A stretch of DNA of 64,000 bases, taken from positions 1-64,000 of the forward strand of contig JANNXQ010000055.1 in NCBI GenBank assembly GCA_031409655.1, given 5' to 3'. Both the position numbers and the translations under genes were made by a program. Under the pieces are notes generated by a model that was given only the letters and a program-made list of their open reading frames with translations, made no database searches and had not been told where the DNA came from. Source of the DNA: Chthoniobacteraceae bacterium. Its GTDB lineage: Bacteria > Verrucomicrobiota > Verrucomicrobiia > Chthoniobacterales > Chthoniobacteraceae. This document shows positions 27,603 through 37,478 of the stretch, piece after piece; position 1 is the first letter of the stretch; each line of letters begins with the position of its first letter.

Positions 27603-29072
27603 CTACCGGGCAAGCCAGGCGGCCGCGGCGGGCACCGTGGCGAGTTGATGGGGTTGGGCTCCCATTTTCACACGCTGCCCATCCGTGCATTTGGCGACGA
27701 TGGATGCGCTCATGCTTTGCGTCGCGGCCCGCAGGCGCGCGTCTTCCGGAAGGGCTTCCGCAAGCGCGAGCAATTCAGGAAGCGCTTCGACGGTGATGCC
27801 CATGGCGTCGAATTCCGTGAGCAATGCGGTGATCGCGGGTCGGGTGATCTGCTCCACCTCGCCGCGCTCGGCCACACGGTCCGGCGGCAACGCGGCCCGG
27901 AGATCAGCCAGCGCTCGGAGAATGATGACGTGATAAACGGTGCGCGCATTGTGCGGATCGATCCAGCGGCCATTCGGCGCCTGACCAGGAGCGACGCCGA
28001 CCCGAAACTTCCGCAATGCGCCTTCCAGATACTTCGGTTCGCCCGTGCTGCGGAAGGCTTGCGCGAGGAGCGAGACCGAGAAGGCGTTGTAGTTGAAATT
28101 GCTGCAGCAAGGCTGAGTCAGTGCCCAATCTGCGGCGCGCAGACCCGCGCGTTTCCACTCGTCTCTCGAGTGGAGTTTTCCCGCCGCGAGGAGTGCGGCG
28201 CCGCTCAGGCCAGTGTCAAACTGCGATCCGCCGTCGGGATCGGGCGTCACGAGCCAGCCGTCGCGCGCTTCCACTTTTCCCTCCTGAAGCAGCTTCTCCG
28301 TCAGGTCGCCGAAACGAATGTTTTTTCCGCGGAGATCGGGGAATGGGAAATGTCCGGCCGGCTGCTGGAGATCGAGGAGGATGCGGGTCGCGCCGCGCGT
28401 GAGTCGGTCCAGATTCGCGAGCGCCTCGGGCTGATGCTTCGCCGCGAAAGGACGTGCCGAATTCGCCGCATCGAGGACGTAGGCGTAGATGCGCACCATC
28501 TGATCCGGCAGGGGCTTGCCCTCCAGGATCGGACGGATGCGGCGGCTTTCCCCATCGAGGGCGTCGAGGAAAAGCTTGCTGGCGGCGCCTTCGGTGATGG
28601 CCCGCGGCTCGACTTTCTTCCCGGCGCGCCGTCCATCAGGCACCCCGGCCTGATCGCCGAGCACGCGCAACATTTCCACCGTGACGGCACTCACCTGGGC
28701 AGGATCGCCGGACTGCATGGCCGCCCCGAGTTTTGCCCCGAAGGCCTTCGATTTCTCCAGCATCTCGGGGGTGGGCGTGAAGAGGGGCTGTCCGGCCATC
28801 GAGTTCCCACCGCCGTCGAGTCCCACCTGCACTTCGACGGTCCGCAATTGCGCATCGACACCCTCTGGCTTGCCCGCGCGCAAAACCGCCATCACCCGCC
28901 GTCCCGTGGCTTCCACTTCGGCCACGAGTTCTTTGTCATTCTGCTCGCGCGCGATCTGCATCGCCCTACGCAGGCGCCCCTCCGCTTGGGAAGCAGTGAC
29001 ATCGGCGGCATTCGCCAAAGGGGAAAGGAGGAATGTGGAGAGGAGGAGCGGCGCGATCTGGAGATGTTTCAT
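27603..29072 (-). CDS. Secreted hypothetical protein, possible alpha/alpha-barrel fold
   Basis: Signal peptide MKHLQIAPLLL...ANA; QQPAGHF and QAPNGRW resemble QW/prenyltransferase repeats. Confidence 0.55.
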   Translation of the reverse strand: MKHLQIAPLLLSTFLLSPLANAADVTASQAEGRLRRAMQIAREQNDKELVAEVEATGRRVMAVLRAGKPEGVDAQLRTVEVQVGLDGGGNSMAGQPLFTPTPEMLEKSKAFGAKLGAAMQSGDPAQVSAVTVEMLRVLGDQAGVPDGRRAGKKVEPRAITEGAASKLFLDALDGESRRIRPILEGKPLPDQMVRIYAYVLDAANSARPFAAKHQPEALANLDRLTRGATRILLDLQQPAGHFPFPDLRGKNIRFGDLTEKLLQEGKVEARDGWLVTPDPDGGSQFDTGLSGAALLAAGKLHSRDEWKRAGLRAADWALTQPCCSNFNYNAFSVSLLAQAFRSTGEPKYLEGALRKFRVGVAPGQAPNGRWIDPHNARTVYHVIILRALADLRAALPPDRVAERGEVEQITRPAITALLTEFDAMGITVEALPELLALAEALPEDARLRAATQSMSASIVAKCTDGQRVKMGAQPHQLATVPAAAAWLAR

Positions 29073-29210
29073 AAAATGGGACGTCAGCAGAAACGCCGCG
29101 GGCGCGACTCGGGTTACACGGCACAAGATTCGCCAAGCGATCGCCAAGCGGGGCGTAGCGAATGGGCACGGATGGCGGTAACTTCACCCAAGCAAGAAAC
29201 CAAATATCCC

Positions 29211-29741
29211 ATGAACCCCATGACCACGATCACTCCCGAACGTCCCACTGCGCTGGCCACCACCAGCCTCCCAAATCCTCGCCAGTCCGCGCCACCACTG
29301 CACCTCGAGAGCATTCTCGTGCCTCTGGATTTCTCCGAGATGTCCCTCGCCTCGCTCCGCTATGCAGCGCCGCTGGCCCGGCAATTCGGCGCGAAGATCA
29401 CGCTGCTCCACGTCGTCCAGCCACCAAACTACGCACCCGAACTTCCGTATCCCGAGGTCATCGACCAGGAGAATCTCTCCCTGGCTGAGAATACGCTTGC
29501 CGCAATCCGCACCGAGAAAATCGACTCTGATCTGCGGGTCGATACCGTCGTGCAGCACGGCTTCGTCTTCGAAAACATCCTCGAGGTCGCGCGGAAGGTC
29601 CACGCCGACCTCATCATCACCAGCACCCACGGCTACAGCGGACTGAAACATCTCCTGATGGGCAGCACCGCCGAGTGCATCGTGCGAAAGGCTCCCTGCC
29701 CCGTGCTCGTGGTCCGGGATCCCGAGGCAGAACCCGCGTAA
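29211..29741 (+). CDS. Universal stress protein
   Basis: ILVPLDFS, TLLHV, ADLIITSTHG, LMGSTAE, APCPVLVV motifs. Confidence 0.92.
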   Translation: MNPMTTITPERPTALATTSLPNPRQSAPPLHLESILVPLDFSEMSLASLRYAAPLARQFGAKITLLHVVQPPNYAPELPYPEVIDQENLSLAENTLAAIRTEKIDSDLRVDTVVQHGFVFENILEVARKVHADLIITSTHGYSGLKHLLMGSTAECIVRKAPCPVLVVRDPEAEPA

Positions 29742-29743
29742 GC

Positions 29744-29775
29744 AGCGCGGGCGGCTCACCGCCGCCGACCGCGCT
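29744..29775. terminator. GC-rich hairpin between convergent usp and CDGSH genes
   Basis: AGCGCGG-GCGGC / GCCGC-CCGCGCT arms; no U-tract. Confidence 0.35.
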
Positions 29776-30014
29776 CAGAGCTTGGCGTGGCTGCCGTCGC
29801 ACAGCGCACCCTTGCCGCTGTGTTTGCAGCCGCAAAAGTACACCGTGCCATCTTTCTCCGCCATGTAGGCGGTCGGCGCAAAGCTGGTTCCCTTGTGGGT
29901 TCCGTCGCAGAGCGGTTGATTTTTACTCTGACCGCAGGAGCACCAGTAGTAGGTCTTGCCCGCCACGACAGGCGTGGGATAGGGCGCTTTTTGGGCGATG
30001 GAAGGTTCGTTCAT
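29775..30014 (-). CDS. CDGSH iron-sulfur protein with two CDGSH motifs (CISD3-like)
   Basis: WCSCGQSKNQPLCDGTH and FCGCKHSGKGALCDGSH. Confidence 0.92.
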   Translation of the reverse strand: MNEPSIAQKAPYPTPVVAGKTYYWCSCGQSKNQPLCDGTHKGTSFAPTAYMAEKDGTVYFCGCKHSGKGALCDGSHAKL

Positions 30015-30320
30015 GCGCGATTCATAGCGGCAGTGAGGGCGCGCGAGAATCCCTTTCTCCACCGGTGCATTGCCTGGACGTTGCGCTTCCAGATTCCTCA
30101 AATCCGGGCAATTCCGTCGCCGATTTTCCCCTGAGCAACCGTTTTGAAAGCCCAATTCTATCTTTTGCTGTTTGACCTGATTCCTACAGAAAGCGTAACA
30201 ACCCGCCGCTTCCAGTCAGAACGCATGCCTTTACCCGCTTCGATGACAATTCCCATCGCCCCTTTCCTGCTCCTTCGCTTCCGCGAAAATAGGGTCGTCG
30301 CAGGACGTTGTTTTTAGATA

Positions 30321-32477
30321 GTGGATGAAGTCCCCATGCCTCCATCGTCCAAAGATCATTTCGACTATTCCGTGCCCCTCGATCTGAGGGCGCTCGGTTA
30401 CCTTTTCTGGGAAAAGGCCTGGCTCATCGGTGCCCTCACCGCGGCGGTTCTCAGCGCCGGGATCATTTTCCTCCTGCGCAGCGAGCGGATCTATGCGGCC
30501 ACGACGACGATCGAAGTGGAGGAGCAGCAGCAGAGTTTGGTGAAGGCGGATGGGACGAAATTTGAGGGCAGCGGTGGAGAGGCGATCCTCAAGACGATCG
30601 AGCAAAATTTTGAAAGTCCCGCGCTCAAGCTGCGGCTCGGACGCAGCGCAGAGTTGCTGAGCGATCCCGCTTTTCTCCCGGACCTGCCGCGGACGGTCTC
30701 CGATACGCGGCTCGAATCCGCGATCGGCGGGAAGCTTTCCGCGAGCATCCGTTCCGGCACGCGGCTCATCGATGTGAAGGCGGAGGACGCGAGTCCGGAG
30801 GTCGCGCAAAAGCTCTCCCGGTTGGCTGTGGAGGAATTCATCAGCTCGATGTCGGAGAAGCGCGTCAAAGTCTCCCAGAGTGCGCACGGAATGCTCCGCG
30901 GGGAGGCCGAGCGGCTGAAAGGCGCACTCGAGAAATCCGAGACCACGCTCCAGCGGTATAAGGAGCAGAACCGCGCGGTGTCGCTCGAAGAGAAACAAAA
31001 CATCATCGGCGAGCGGCTCAAGGAGCTGAATCAAAAGGTGACTGAGGCGCGCGCCGAGCGCCTGAGGATCGAGTCGGACCGCGCGCAGATCACCGAACTC
31101 GCCGGCCAGCCGCCCGAGCGGCTCCTGCTCCTGCCGCGCATCGCGACCGCCAGCGAGGTCGTTGAGGCCCAGCGTCTCTTGGGCGAAAAGAACGCCGAGC
31201 TCGCCACCTTGAGCCGGCGCTACAAACCCGAGCACCCGAAATTCACCGACGCCACGATCGCTCTGACGCAGTTGGAGCAGCGGCGCGACTCCGCCATCCA
31301 GCACGCTTCCGAACTCGTCGCCACCGCCGTGGATGCCGCCACCGTGACGGAGAAGAAACTTGAGGAGGCGCTGCGCGGCCAGGAATCAATCGCCTTGGAA
31401 CTCAGCCAGATGGCGATCCCCTACAGCGCGCTCGCCCGCGAAGTGGAATCCGATCGGGCGCTCTACGCCTCGCTGCTGGTCCGGCTGAAGGAATCCGACG
31501 TGGGCCAAAGCGTTTCGCCCTATGCCATCCGCATCGTCGCGCCCGCCTCCCGCCCGGAACGCCCTGTCAAACCAAACAAGGCGCTCATCCTCCTGCTCAG
31601 CCTCGGCGGCGGGCTCGCGCTCGGCCTCTCTTCCGCACTCGGGCTGCATGCCTTGGATCGCTCGCTGCGGACCGTGGATCAGGCAGAGCAGGCCCTCGGG
31701 CTGCGTTCGCTCGCGGCGGTCCCCTACTGGTCCGGAGCAAAGCTGGTGACGGCGCGGCGGCTCTTCATTGAAAAGCCGCACTCCGCCGTCGCCGAGGCCT
31801 TCCGCGGGCTGCGCACTACCCTGCTGGTCACTCGCCGGGACGCCGCTTACCGCAGCGTGCTTTTCGCGAGTTCGATCCCAGGTGAGGGGAAAAGTTTCTG
31901 CGCGATCAACTATGCGGCGGCGCTCGCGGGCCAGGGTTTCCGCACGCTGCTGGTCGATGCTGATCTGCGCTTGCCGAGCATCGGGCCCGCCTTTCTGGGG
32001 GAAGGGAGCACTGCCGCCGGCCTGACGGAAGTCCTGGGTGCCAAATGCTCCCTCACCGAGGCCGTCCATCTTACGGACATTGAGAATCTTTACGTTCTGC
32101 CGGCCGGTCGCGTCACGGCAAGTCCCACCGAAATCATCGGCCAAGCGAATCTCACGGCCTTCTTCGAGACTGCGCTCTCGCGTTTCGACCGCATCGTCAT
32201 CGACACCGCCCCCGTCCACGCCGTGAGCGAGACACTCTTCCTCGTGCCGCACGTGGATGCCGTCTGTCTCGTCGTCCGCTCTGGCCGCACGCCGGTCGTG
32301 GCCATTGAGCGTGCGCTCGAAAAACTCCGCGAGAGCGGCGCAAAAATCCCGGGATTCATCCTCAATGGCCTGCCTGTCCGGGGCGGCTACCACTACCACT
32401 ACCACGCACCGGGCTACGGCAAAGACGAGGTCTATGGGGGCAGCGGCAGGGAGCGGCGGGCGGGTTCAAAATCGTGA
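30321..32477 (+). CDS. wzc: Polysaccharide co-polymerase / BY-kinase (Wzc/GumC family)
   Basis: Two TM segments flanking coiled coils; AEAFRGLRT, PGEGKS, DADLR, IDTAP; Tyr-rich C-terminal tail. Confidence 0.9.
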   Translation: MDEVPMPPSSKDHFDYSVPLDLRALGYLFWEKAWLIGALTAAVLSAGIIFLLRSERIYAATTTIEVEEQQQSLVKADGTKFEGSGGEAILKTIEQNFESPALKLRLGRSAELLSDPAFLPDLPRTVSDTRLESAIGGKLSASIRSGTRLIDVKAEDASPEVAQKLSRLAVEEFISSMSEKRVKVSQSAHGMLRGEAERLKGALEKSETTLQRYKEQNRAVSLEEKQNIIGERLKELNQKVTEARAERLRIESDRAQITELAGQPPERLLLLPRIATASEVVEAQRLLGEKNAELATLSRRYKPEHPKFTDATIALTQLEQRRDSAIQHASELVATAVDAATVTEKKLEEALRGQESIALELSQMAIPYSALAREVESDRALYASLLVRLKESDVGQSVSPYAIRIVAPASRPERPVKPNKALILLLSLGGGLALGLSSALGLHALDRSLRTVDQAEQALGLRSLAAVPYWSGAKLVTARRLFIEKPHSAVAEAFRGLRTTLLVTRRDAAYRSVLFASSIPGEGKSFCAINYAAALAGQGFRTLLVDADLRLPSIGPAFLGEGSTAAGLTEVLGAKCSLTEAVHLTDIENLYVLPAGRVTASPTEIIGQANLTAFFETALSRFDRIVIDTAPVHAVSETLFLVPHVDAVCLVVRSGRTPVVAIERALEKLRESGAKIPGFILNGLPVRGGYHYHYHAPGYGKDEVYGGSGRERRAGSKS

Positions 32478-33700
32478 TGGACTCCGACGTCGCGCCCCTT
32501 CGGTTGTTGATGGTCACGGGCATCTTCCCGCCGGATCGCGGCGGCCCCGCCAGCTACGTCCCCCGCATGGCCGCGGCCCTCACGGCTCGCGGGCGCAAGG
32601 TGGAAGTCGTCTGCCTGAGCGATCGGATGGATCACGACGACTCCCATCTGCCCTTCCCCGTCCGCCGCATCCGCCGCAGCATCCTTTTCCCCTTCCGCCT
32701 GCTCGCGACCACCTTCATCGTCTGGCGCGCCGCGGCGCGCCATGACCTCGTTTACATCAATGGCCTCAGCTCCGAAGCCGCCCTCGGGGCGCTGCTCGCG
32801 GGCCGCCGGGCGGTCCACAAAATCGTGGGCGACTACGCTTGGGAGAGGGCGGCCAGCAAGGATTGGTTTGACGGCACCATCGACGATTACCAGGTGGCTG
32901 CGAAAAACCTGTTGCTGCGCTTCTCCGACGCGGTGCGGTCGTGGCCCCACATTTTCGCTCACGAAATTATCGTCCCGAGCCACTATCTCGCGCGCATCGT
33001 GAAGGGCTGGGGGGTGCGCCCGGAAAAGGTCCGCGTGATCTACAACGCCATCGCGGAGGATCGAAACACCCAGCATCCCAAACCCCAACTCCCGCCGTGG
33101 TCTGGCAAGACACTCATCACCGTCTGTCGGCTCGTTCCGTGGAAAGGTGTGGATTTGGTGATCCAGCTATTGCCGAAGCTGCCCACCACTCGTTTCGTCA
33201 TCGCTGGCGACGGCGCCACGCGCGCTGAACTCGAGGAAGTGGCTCGGAGTTGCGGCGTCGCGGATCGGGTCGTTTTTCTCGGCGATGTTCCCCATCAAAA
33301 CGTGGCTGAGTATCTCTCGCAGGCCGACGCTTTTGTCCTGAACTCCAGCTACGAAGGCCTCCCGCACGTCGTCCTCGAAGCGATGTCCGCCTGCATCCCA
33401 GTCATCGCCACCAACGTCGGCGGCACTGGCGAGGCCGTGCTCCACGACCGGACCGGCCTGCTCATCCCGCCGGGCAATCCCGATGCGCTGAAGGAGGCCA
33501 TTGAGCGCCTTTGGAATGAGCCCGAGCTGGGCGCGCGATTGACCGGTGAGGCCGCGGTGGTGCTCGCGGATCGTTTTGTTTTCGATGCGATGCTCGCCGC
33601 GACGGATAGCGTGCTGAATGAGGCCGCCGGAAGACGGAATGCGACCGCGCCGGATGCGCAGCGGAGCAACGGAGAGCGCGCGGAAAAAGTTTCGCGATGA
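32474..33700 (+). CDS. GT4 glycosyltransferase
   Basis: FPPDRGGPA, RLVPWKG, YEGLPHVVLEAM motifs. Confidence 0.9.
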   Translation: MMDSDVAPLRLLMVTGIFPPDRGGPASYVPRMAAALTARGRKVEVVCLSDRMDHDDSHLPFPVRRIRRSILFPFRLLATTFIVWRAAARHDLVYINGLSSEAALGALLAGRRAVHKIVGDYAWERAASKDWFDGTIDDYQVAAKNLLLRFSDAVRSWPHIFAHEIIVPSHYLARIVKGWGVRPEKVRVIYNAIAEDRNTQHPKPQLPPWSGKTLITVCRLVPWKGVDLVIQLLPKLPTTRFVIAGDGATRAELEEVARSCGVADRVVFLGDVPHQNVAEYLSQADAFVLNSSYEGLPHVVLEAMSACIPVIATNVGGTGEAVLHDRTGLLIPPGNPDALKEAIERLWNEPELGARLTGEAAVVLADRFVFDAMLAATDSVLNEAAGRRNATAPDAQRSNGERAEKVSR

Positions 33701-35958
33701 AGCCGCTGTCGGTCCTTTCGTTCGGCTCCACTCGCGGACTTTGGGACGGTGAATCCGCGGAGGATTATCGCCGGCTTCTGGGTTACGGCGCGGAGTTGGA
33801 GCGCTACGTCATCGTCGCCCATTCCTACAAGCGCCACGCCCTCCAGCCGCGGCACTTTGGGAAAAATGTCGAGGCGATCCCGACCGACGCCTTCTGCATC
33901 CTCGACAGCTTTTTCCGGATGCTCTGGATCGGCTGGCGCGTGCTGCGTTCCCGACGCATCGATGTGCTCCAGGCCCAGGACCCATTCGTCTTCGGCCTCG
34001 TCGCGATGCTGCTCGGGAAAGTGCAGCGCCTGCCGGTGAACGTCTGCGTCTATGGCCCGAATGTTTTCGACCCAAACTGGATCGCGAGCAGCCGCGTGAA
34101 CCGCTTGATCGCGCCCCTCGGCCGCTGGGTCTTGCGGCGCTGCCAGGGACTCCAGGTGGATGGAAAAATGACCGCGCGCAGTCTCGCCGCCGCGGGCATC
34201 GAGCCGGCGCGCATCGCTTTGAAACCCGTGGTCCCGGCGAATCTCCCGAGCTTCTACCAGATCGACCGCGCGACGACTCGCAACGCCCTCCCGCGCGTGC
34301 TTTTCGTGGGTCGCCTCGTGGTCCAAAAAAACCTCCCGGTGCTGCTCGAGGCCGCCCGCATTTTGCACACCGGCGGCCACCGTTTCGAACTCGAGATCGT
34401 CGGCGAAGGCCCGCTCGGCGCGGAACTCAAGGCGACGGTCGAGCGCACCGGACTCAAAGACCTCGTGCGCTTTCGCGACCCCGTCTCCCGCGACGAGATC
34501 GCCGCCATCTTTGCCGCCGCCGATCTCTTTGCCCTGACCTCGGATTCCGAAGGTTACGCCCGCGTGCTCATGGAAGCTGCCGCCGCCGCGCTCCCCATCG
34601 TCACCACGGCCGTGAGCGGCTCCGACGACGCCGTGGAGGACGCCGTCACCGGCTTCATCGTGCCCGTGCGGGACGCGGCCGCCGTCGCCGAAAAGCTCGC
34701 GCTTTTGATCGCCGATCCCAGCCTGCGCCAGCGAATGGGCCAGGCCGCACGCGCCCACATCGGCAAACACGCCGACCCCGCTTTGAACACTCCCGCGCAA
34801 GTCGCCATCTGGCACCGCCTCGCCTCCGAGAGCCCCGCCAAGCCATCCGGTCCTTTCCCCCAGCGCCTCCTCCTTTTCAATCTCGCCACCGACACGAAAC
34901 ACCCGATCCTCGGTTTCACCACGCAGTGGATTCGCGAACTCGCCGCCCGCGTCGAGAGCATCCACGTCATCACCATGCTCGCCGGGGAGATCGACGTGCC
35001 GGAGAACGTGCGCGTGTACTCCGCCGGCCTCGAACACGGCTGGTCCGAGCCGCGCCGGCTCGTGCAGTTTTATCGCCACCTTTTCCGCATCCTCCGCGAG
35101 GAACGCATCGACGGCTGCTTCTCGCACATGATCACCATCTTCTCCGTGCTCGCCGGCCCGGTGCTGCGGTGGAAAGGCATCCCGCTCGTCACTTGGTATG
35201 CGCATCCGAAGCCAGGCCGCGTGCTCAAGCTCTCGCACTACGCCTCGCACCGCATGGTCACGAGTCTTCCGCGCGCCTATCCCTATCATCACGATAAGCT
35301 CACGATCATCGGCCAGGGCATCGACACCACACTCTTCGCGCCCGGCGTGCAGGCCACTGTGGATGAAGATCTCATCCTCTGCGTCGGCCGGCTGTCTCGG
35401 GTGAAAAATCATCCCACGCTGCTCCGCGCCTTTGCCCGGCTGCCGCAGCGCTACCGCCTCGCCATCCTCGGCGCCACCGCCGGCGCACCCGATGAAGCGT
35501 ATGTCGCGGAGTTGCACACCTTGATCGCGGAACTCGGGATCGGCGCACGCGTCGCCTTCGAGCCGCCGGTCCCGCCGACGCAATTACCCGAGCAATATGA
35601 GCGCTGCTCCGTGCATGTGAATCTCACCGGCCCAGGCTTTGGCGACAAGGTGGCGTGGGAAGCCATGAGTTGCGGGCGTCCGTGCCTGGTCGCGAATGAT
35701 GACTTCATCGAAACGCTCGGCCAATCCGCGGCGGAGCTGCTCTTCCACACTGAGGACGAATTGACCGCCCGCCTCACCGCGCTCCTCGCGCTGAACCCGG
35801 CGGAACGCGTGGCCATCGGCCTCTACCAGCGCTCGCAAGTCGAGCGGCTGCATTCCCTGCCCCGGCTCGCCGAGCGCATCCTCGGCGTGCTCGCGGAGGT
35901 GCGGCGGGAAATCACGCCCGACGGACCGCCGGAGCTGCTCTCGACGGCGCTGCGCTGA
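33697..35958 (+). CDS. Tandem double GT4 glycosyltransferase
   Basis: First GT4 (VGRLVVQKN, EGYARVLMEA); second GT4 (VGRLSRVKN, GDKVAWEAM) in one 753-aa frame. Confidence 0.85.
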   Translation: MKPLSVLSFGSTRGLWDGESAEDYRRLLGYGAELERYVIVAHSYKRHALQPRHFGKNVEAIPTDAFCILDSFFRMLWIGWRVLRSRRIDVLQAQDPFVFGLVAMLLGKVQRLPVNVCVYGPNVFDPNWIASSRVNRLIAPLGRWVLRRCQGLQVDGKMTARSLAAAGIEPARIALKPVVPANLPSFYQIDRATTRNALPRVLFVGRLVVQKNLPVLLEAARILHTGGHRFELEIVGEGPLGAELKATVERTGLKDLVRFRDPVSRDEIAAIFAAADLFALTSDSEGYARVLMEAAAAALPIVTTAVSGSDDAVEDAVTGFIVPVRDAAAVAEKLALLIADPSLRQRMGQAARAHIGKHADPALNTPAQVAIWHRLASESPAKPSGPFPQRLLLFNLATDTKHPILGFTTQWIRELAARVESIHVITMLAGEIDVPENVRVYSAGLEHGWSEPRRLVQFYRHLFRILREERIDGCFSHMITIFSVLAGPVLRWKGIPLVTWYAHPKPGRVLKLSHYASHRMVTSLPRAYPYHHDKLTIIGQGIDTTLFAPGVQATVDEDLILCVGRLSRVKNHPTLLRAFARLPQRYRLAILGATAGAPDEAYVAELHTLIAELGIGARVAFEPPVPPTQLPEQYERCSVHVNLTGPGFGDKVAWEAMSCGRPCLVANDDFIETLGQSAAELLFHTEDELTARLTALLALNPAERVAIGLYQRSQVERLHSLPRLAERILGVLAEVRREITPDGPPELLSTALR

Positions 35959-37478
35959 TGGCCAGTTCGCAGAAGATCGTCTCCGCGCTGCGCGCGAACT
36001 GGCTGCTCAACATCGTCGGCCTCGTCCTCTCTTTTTGCGCCTCGGTGGTCATGGTCCGGACCATCGCACCCTCGCTCTATGCGGAATACTCCGCCGTGAT
36101 CGCGATGATCGGCCTCGCCACTTTCGTCTTCGAAGTCGGCGCCAATAGCGGACTCACCCGTTACTTTCACGCGGCCTCGGAGGAAGGCGCGCGCGCTACT
36201 TTCTACGGACAAATGCAGCGCCGCCGCGCTCTCGCCGCCGTGCTCTGCGCCGCCGCGCTCATCGCCTTCGGACCGCTCTACGCGCGGAGCACGGAGTTCG
36301 GCACGCTCGCCGCCGATCGCTGGCTCTTCGTGCTCGTCGCCGCCATCGTCGCCAGTATCCTCACGCGGCTGCTCGCGCACTACGGCCTCGTCGCGCTCTT
36401 CGAGACCACCACCGCGCTGCTCCTCCAGCAGGGCTTTCAAATTCTCCGCGCCGTCGCCCTCGCCTCCATCGCCCTGGCCGGCGGCCAACTTCGACACCTC
36501 ATCGGCGCCCTCCTCGTGATCTCCCTCATCGAGGCCACGCTCGTCCACACTCGCCTCTGGCGGCTCATCCGCACCGAGCGCGCTCCGCTACCCGCCGGCT
36601 TCCTCAATCGCGCGCAGAAATTTGGCCTGCTCACCGTCCTCGACAAAGCCGCCGCGATGCTCGGCAGCGGCACCGTCCTCATGCTCGCCCTCGCGCCCCA
36701 TCAGCAAGTCGCCACCATGGCGCTCCTCGGGCTGGCCGTGGATTTGGTGGGGAAACTCGTCAGCGTCACCGTCATGCCCATGGGCAATCTGGTCGCACCC
36801 TACCTGAGCCAGACGAGTGACGACGCGGCGGCGCAGGCGCTGGCCACTGGGCGCGTGGTGAAACTTTCGAGCCTCCTCTATTGCTTCACCGTCGGTCTCG
36901 GCGCCATCGTCCTGCCGTCCTTCGTCGCCCTGGTCTATGGGTCGGACTACCGCCCGGCCGCCGCCTTTGCGCTCCTGCTGCTTTTGCCGACTGCTTACGA
37001 AAATTGGATTCGCGGCACCTGCTCCCCTGCCCTGCTCCGCAATGGCCGCAGCCGCGATCTTATGAAAGTGAACGCGCTCCAGGCTGCGATCACCCTCGGC
37101 ACGCTGGCCCTGGTCCTTCGCCAGCCATTGCCCATCGCCGTCCTCGCGGTCGGTGCTGCCCGCGCGCTCCCGGCTTCGATCAATCTCGTCCTCCTCCGCC
37201 GCATCGTCCCCGGTCGAACATACCTCGTCCCCCTCCAAGGCCTGCTCATCGCCGCACTCGCCGCCTTCGCCGCGCTCGCCGCGAGCCATCGGCTGCCCGC
37301 GCCTGAGACCGCGCGCTCCCTCGTCGAAGCAGTGCTCTTCGCCGTTCTCTTTTACCTCGGCCTGCGCTGGGTCATCTTCCGCGACACCGACACCTTGCGC
37401 CTCGCCCATCGCGTCGCCGGCACGCGGATCAAAGCCCTGAGCCGCCTTCTGCCCGCACTCCCCCTTCCCCAGCCATGA
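35958..37478 (+). CDS. wzx: Oligosaccharide flippase (Wzx-like)
   Basis: ~12-14 hydrophobic segments; sits within the Wzc-GT operon. Confidence 0.7.
   Translation: MASSQKIVSALRANWLLNIVGLVLSFCASVVMVRTIAPSLYAEYSAVIAMIGLATFVFEVGANSGLTRYFHAASEEGARATFYGQMQRRRALAAVLCAAALIAFGPLYARSTEFGTLAADRWLFVLVAAIVASILTRLLAHYGLVALFETTTALLLQQGFQILRAVALASIALAGGQLRHLIGALLVISLIEATLVHTRLWRLIRTERAPLPAGFLNRAQKFGLLTVLDKAAAMLGSGTVLMLALAPHQQVATMALLGLAVDLVGKLVSVTVMPMGNLVAPYLSQTSDDAAAQALATGRVVKLSSLLYCFTVGLGAIVLPSFVALVYGSDYRPAAAFALLLLLPTAYENWIRGTCSPALLRNGRSRDLMKVNALQAAITLGTLALVLRQPLPIAVLAVGAARALPASINLVLLRRIVPGRTYLVPLQGLLIAALAAFAALAASHRLPAPETARSLVEAVLFAVLFYLGLRWVIFRDTDTLRLAHRVAGTRIKALSRLLPALPLPQP

Noticed and set aside
27534..29210. 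Apparent large fusion upstream of the USP domain
   Set aside because: Antisense to the 27603-29072 gene; the USP has its own start at 29211
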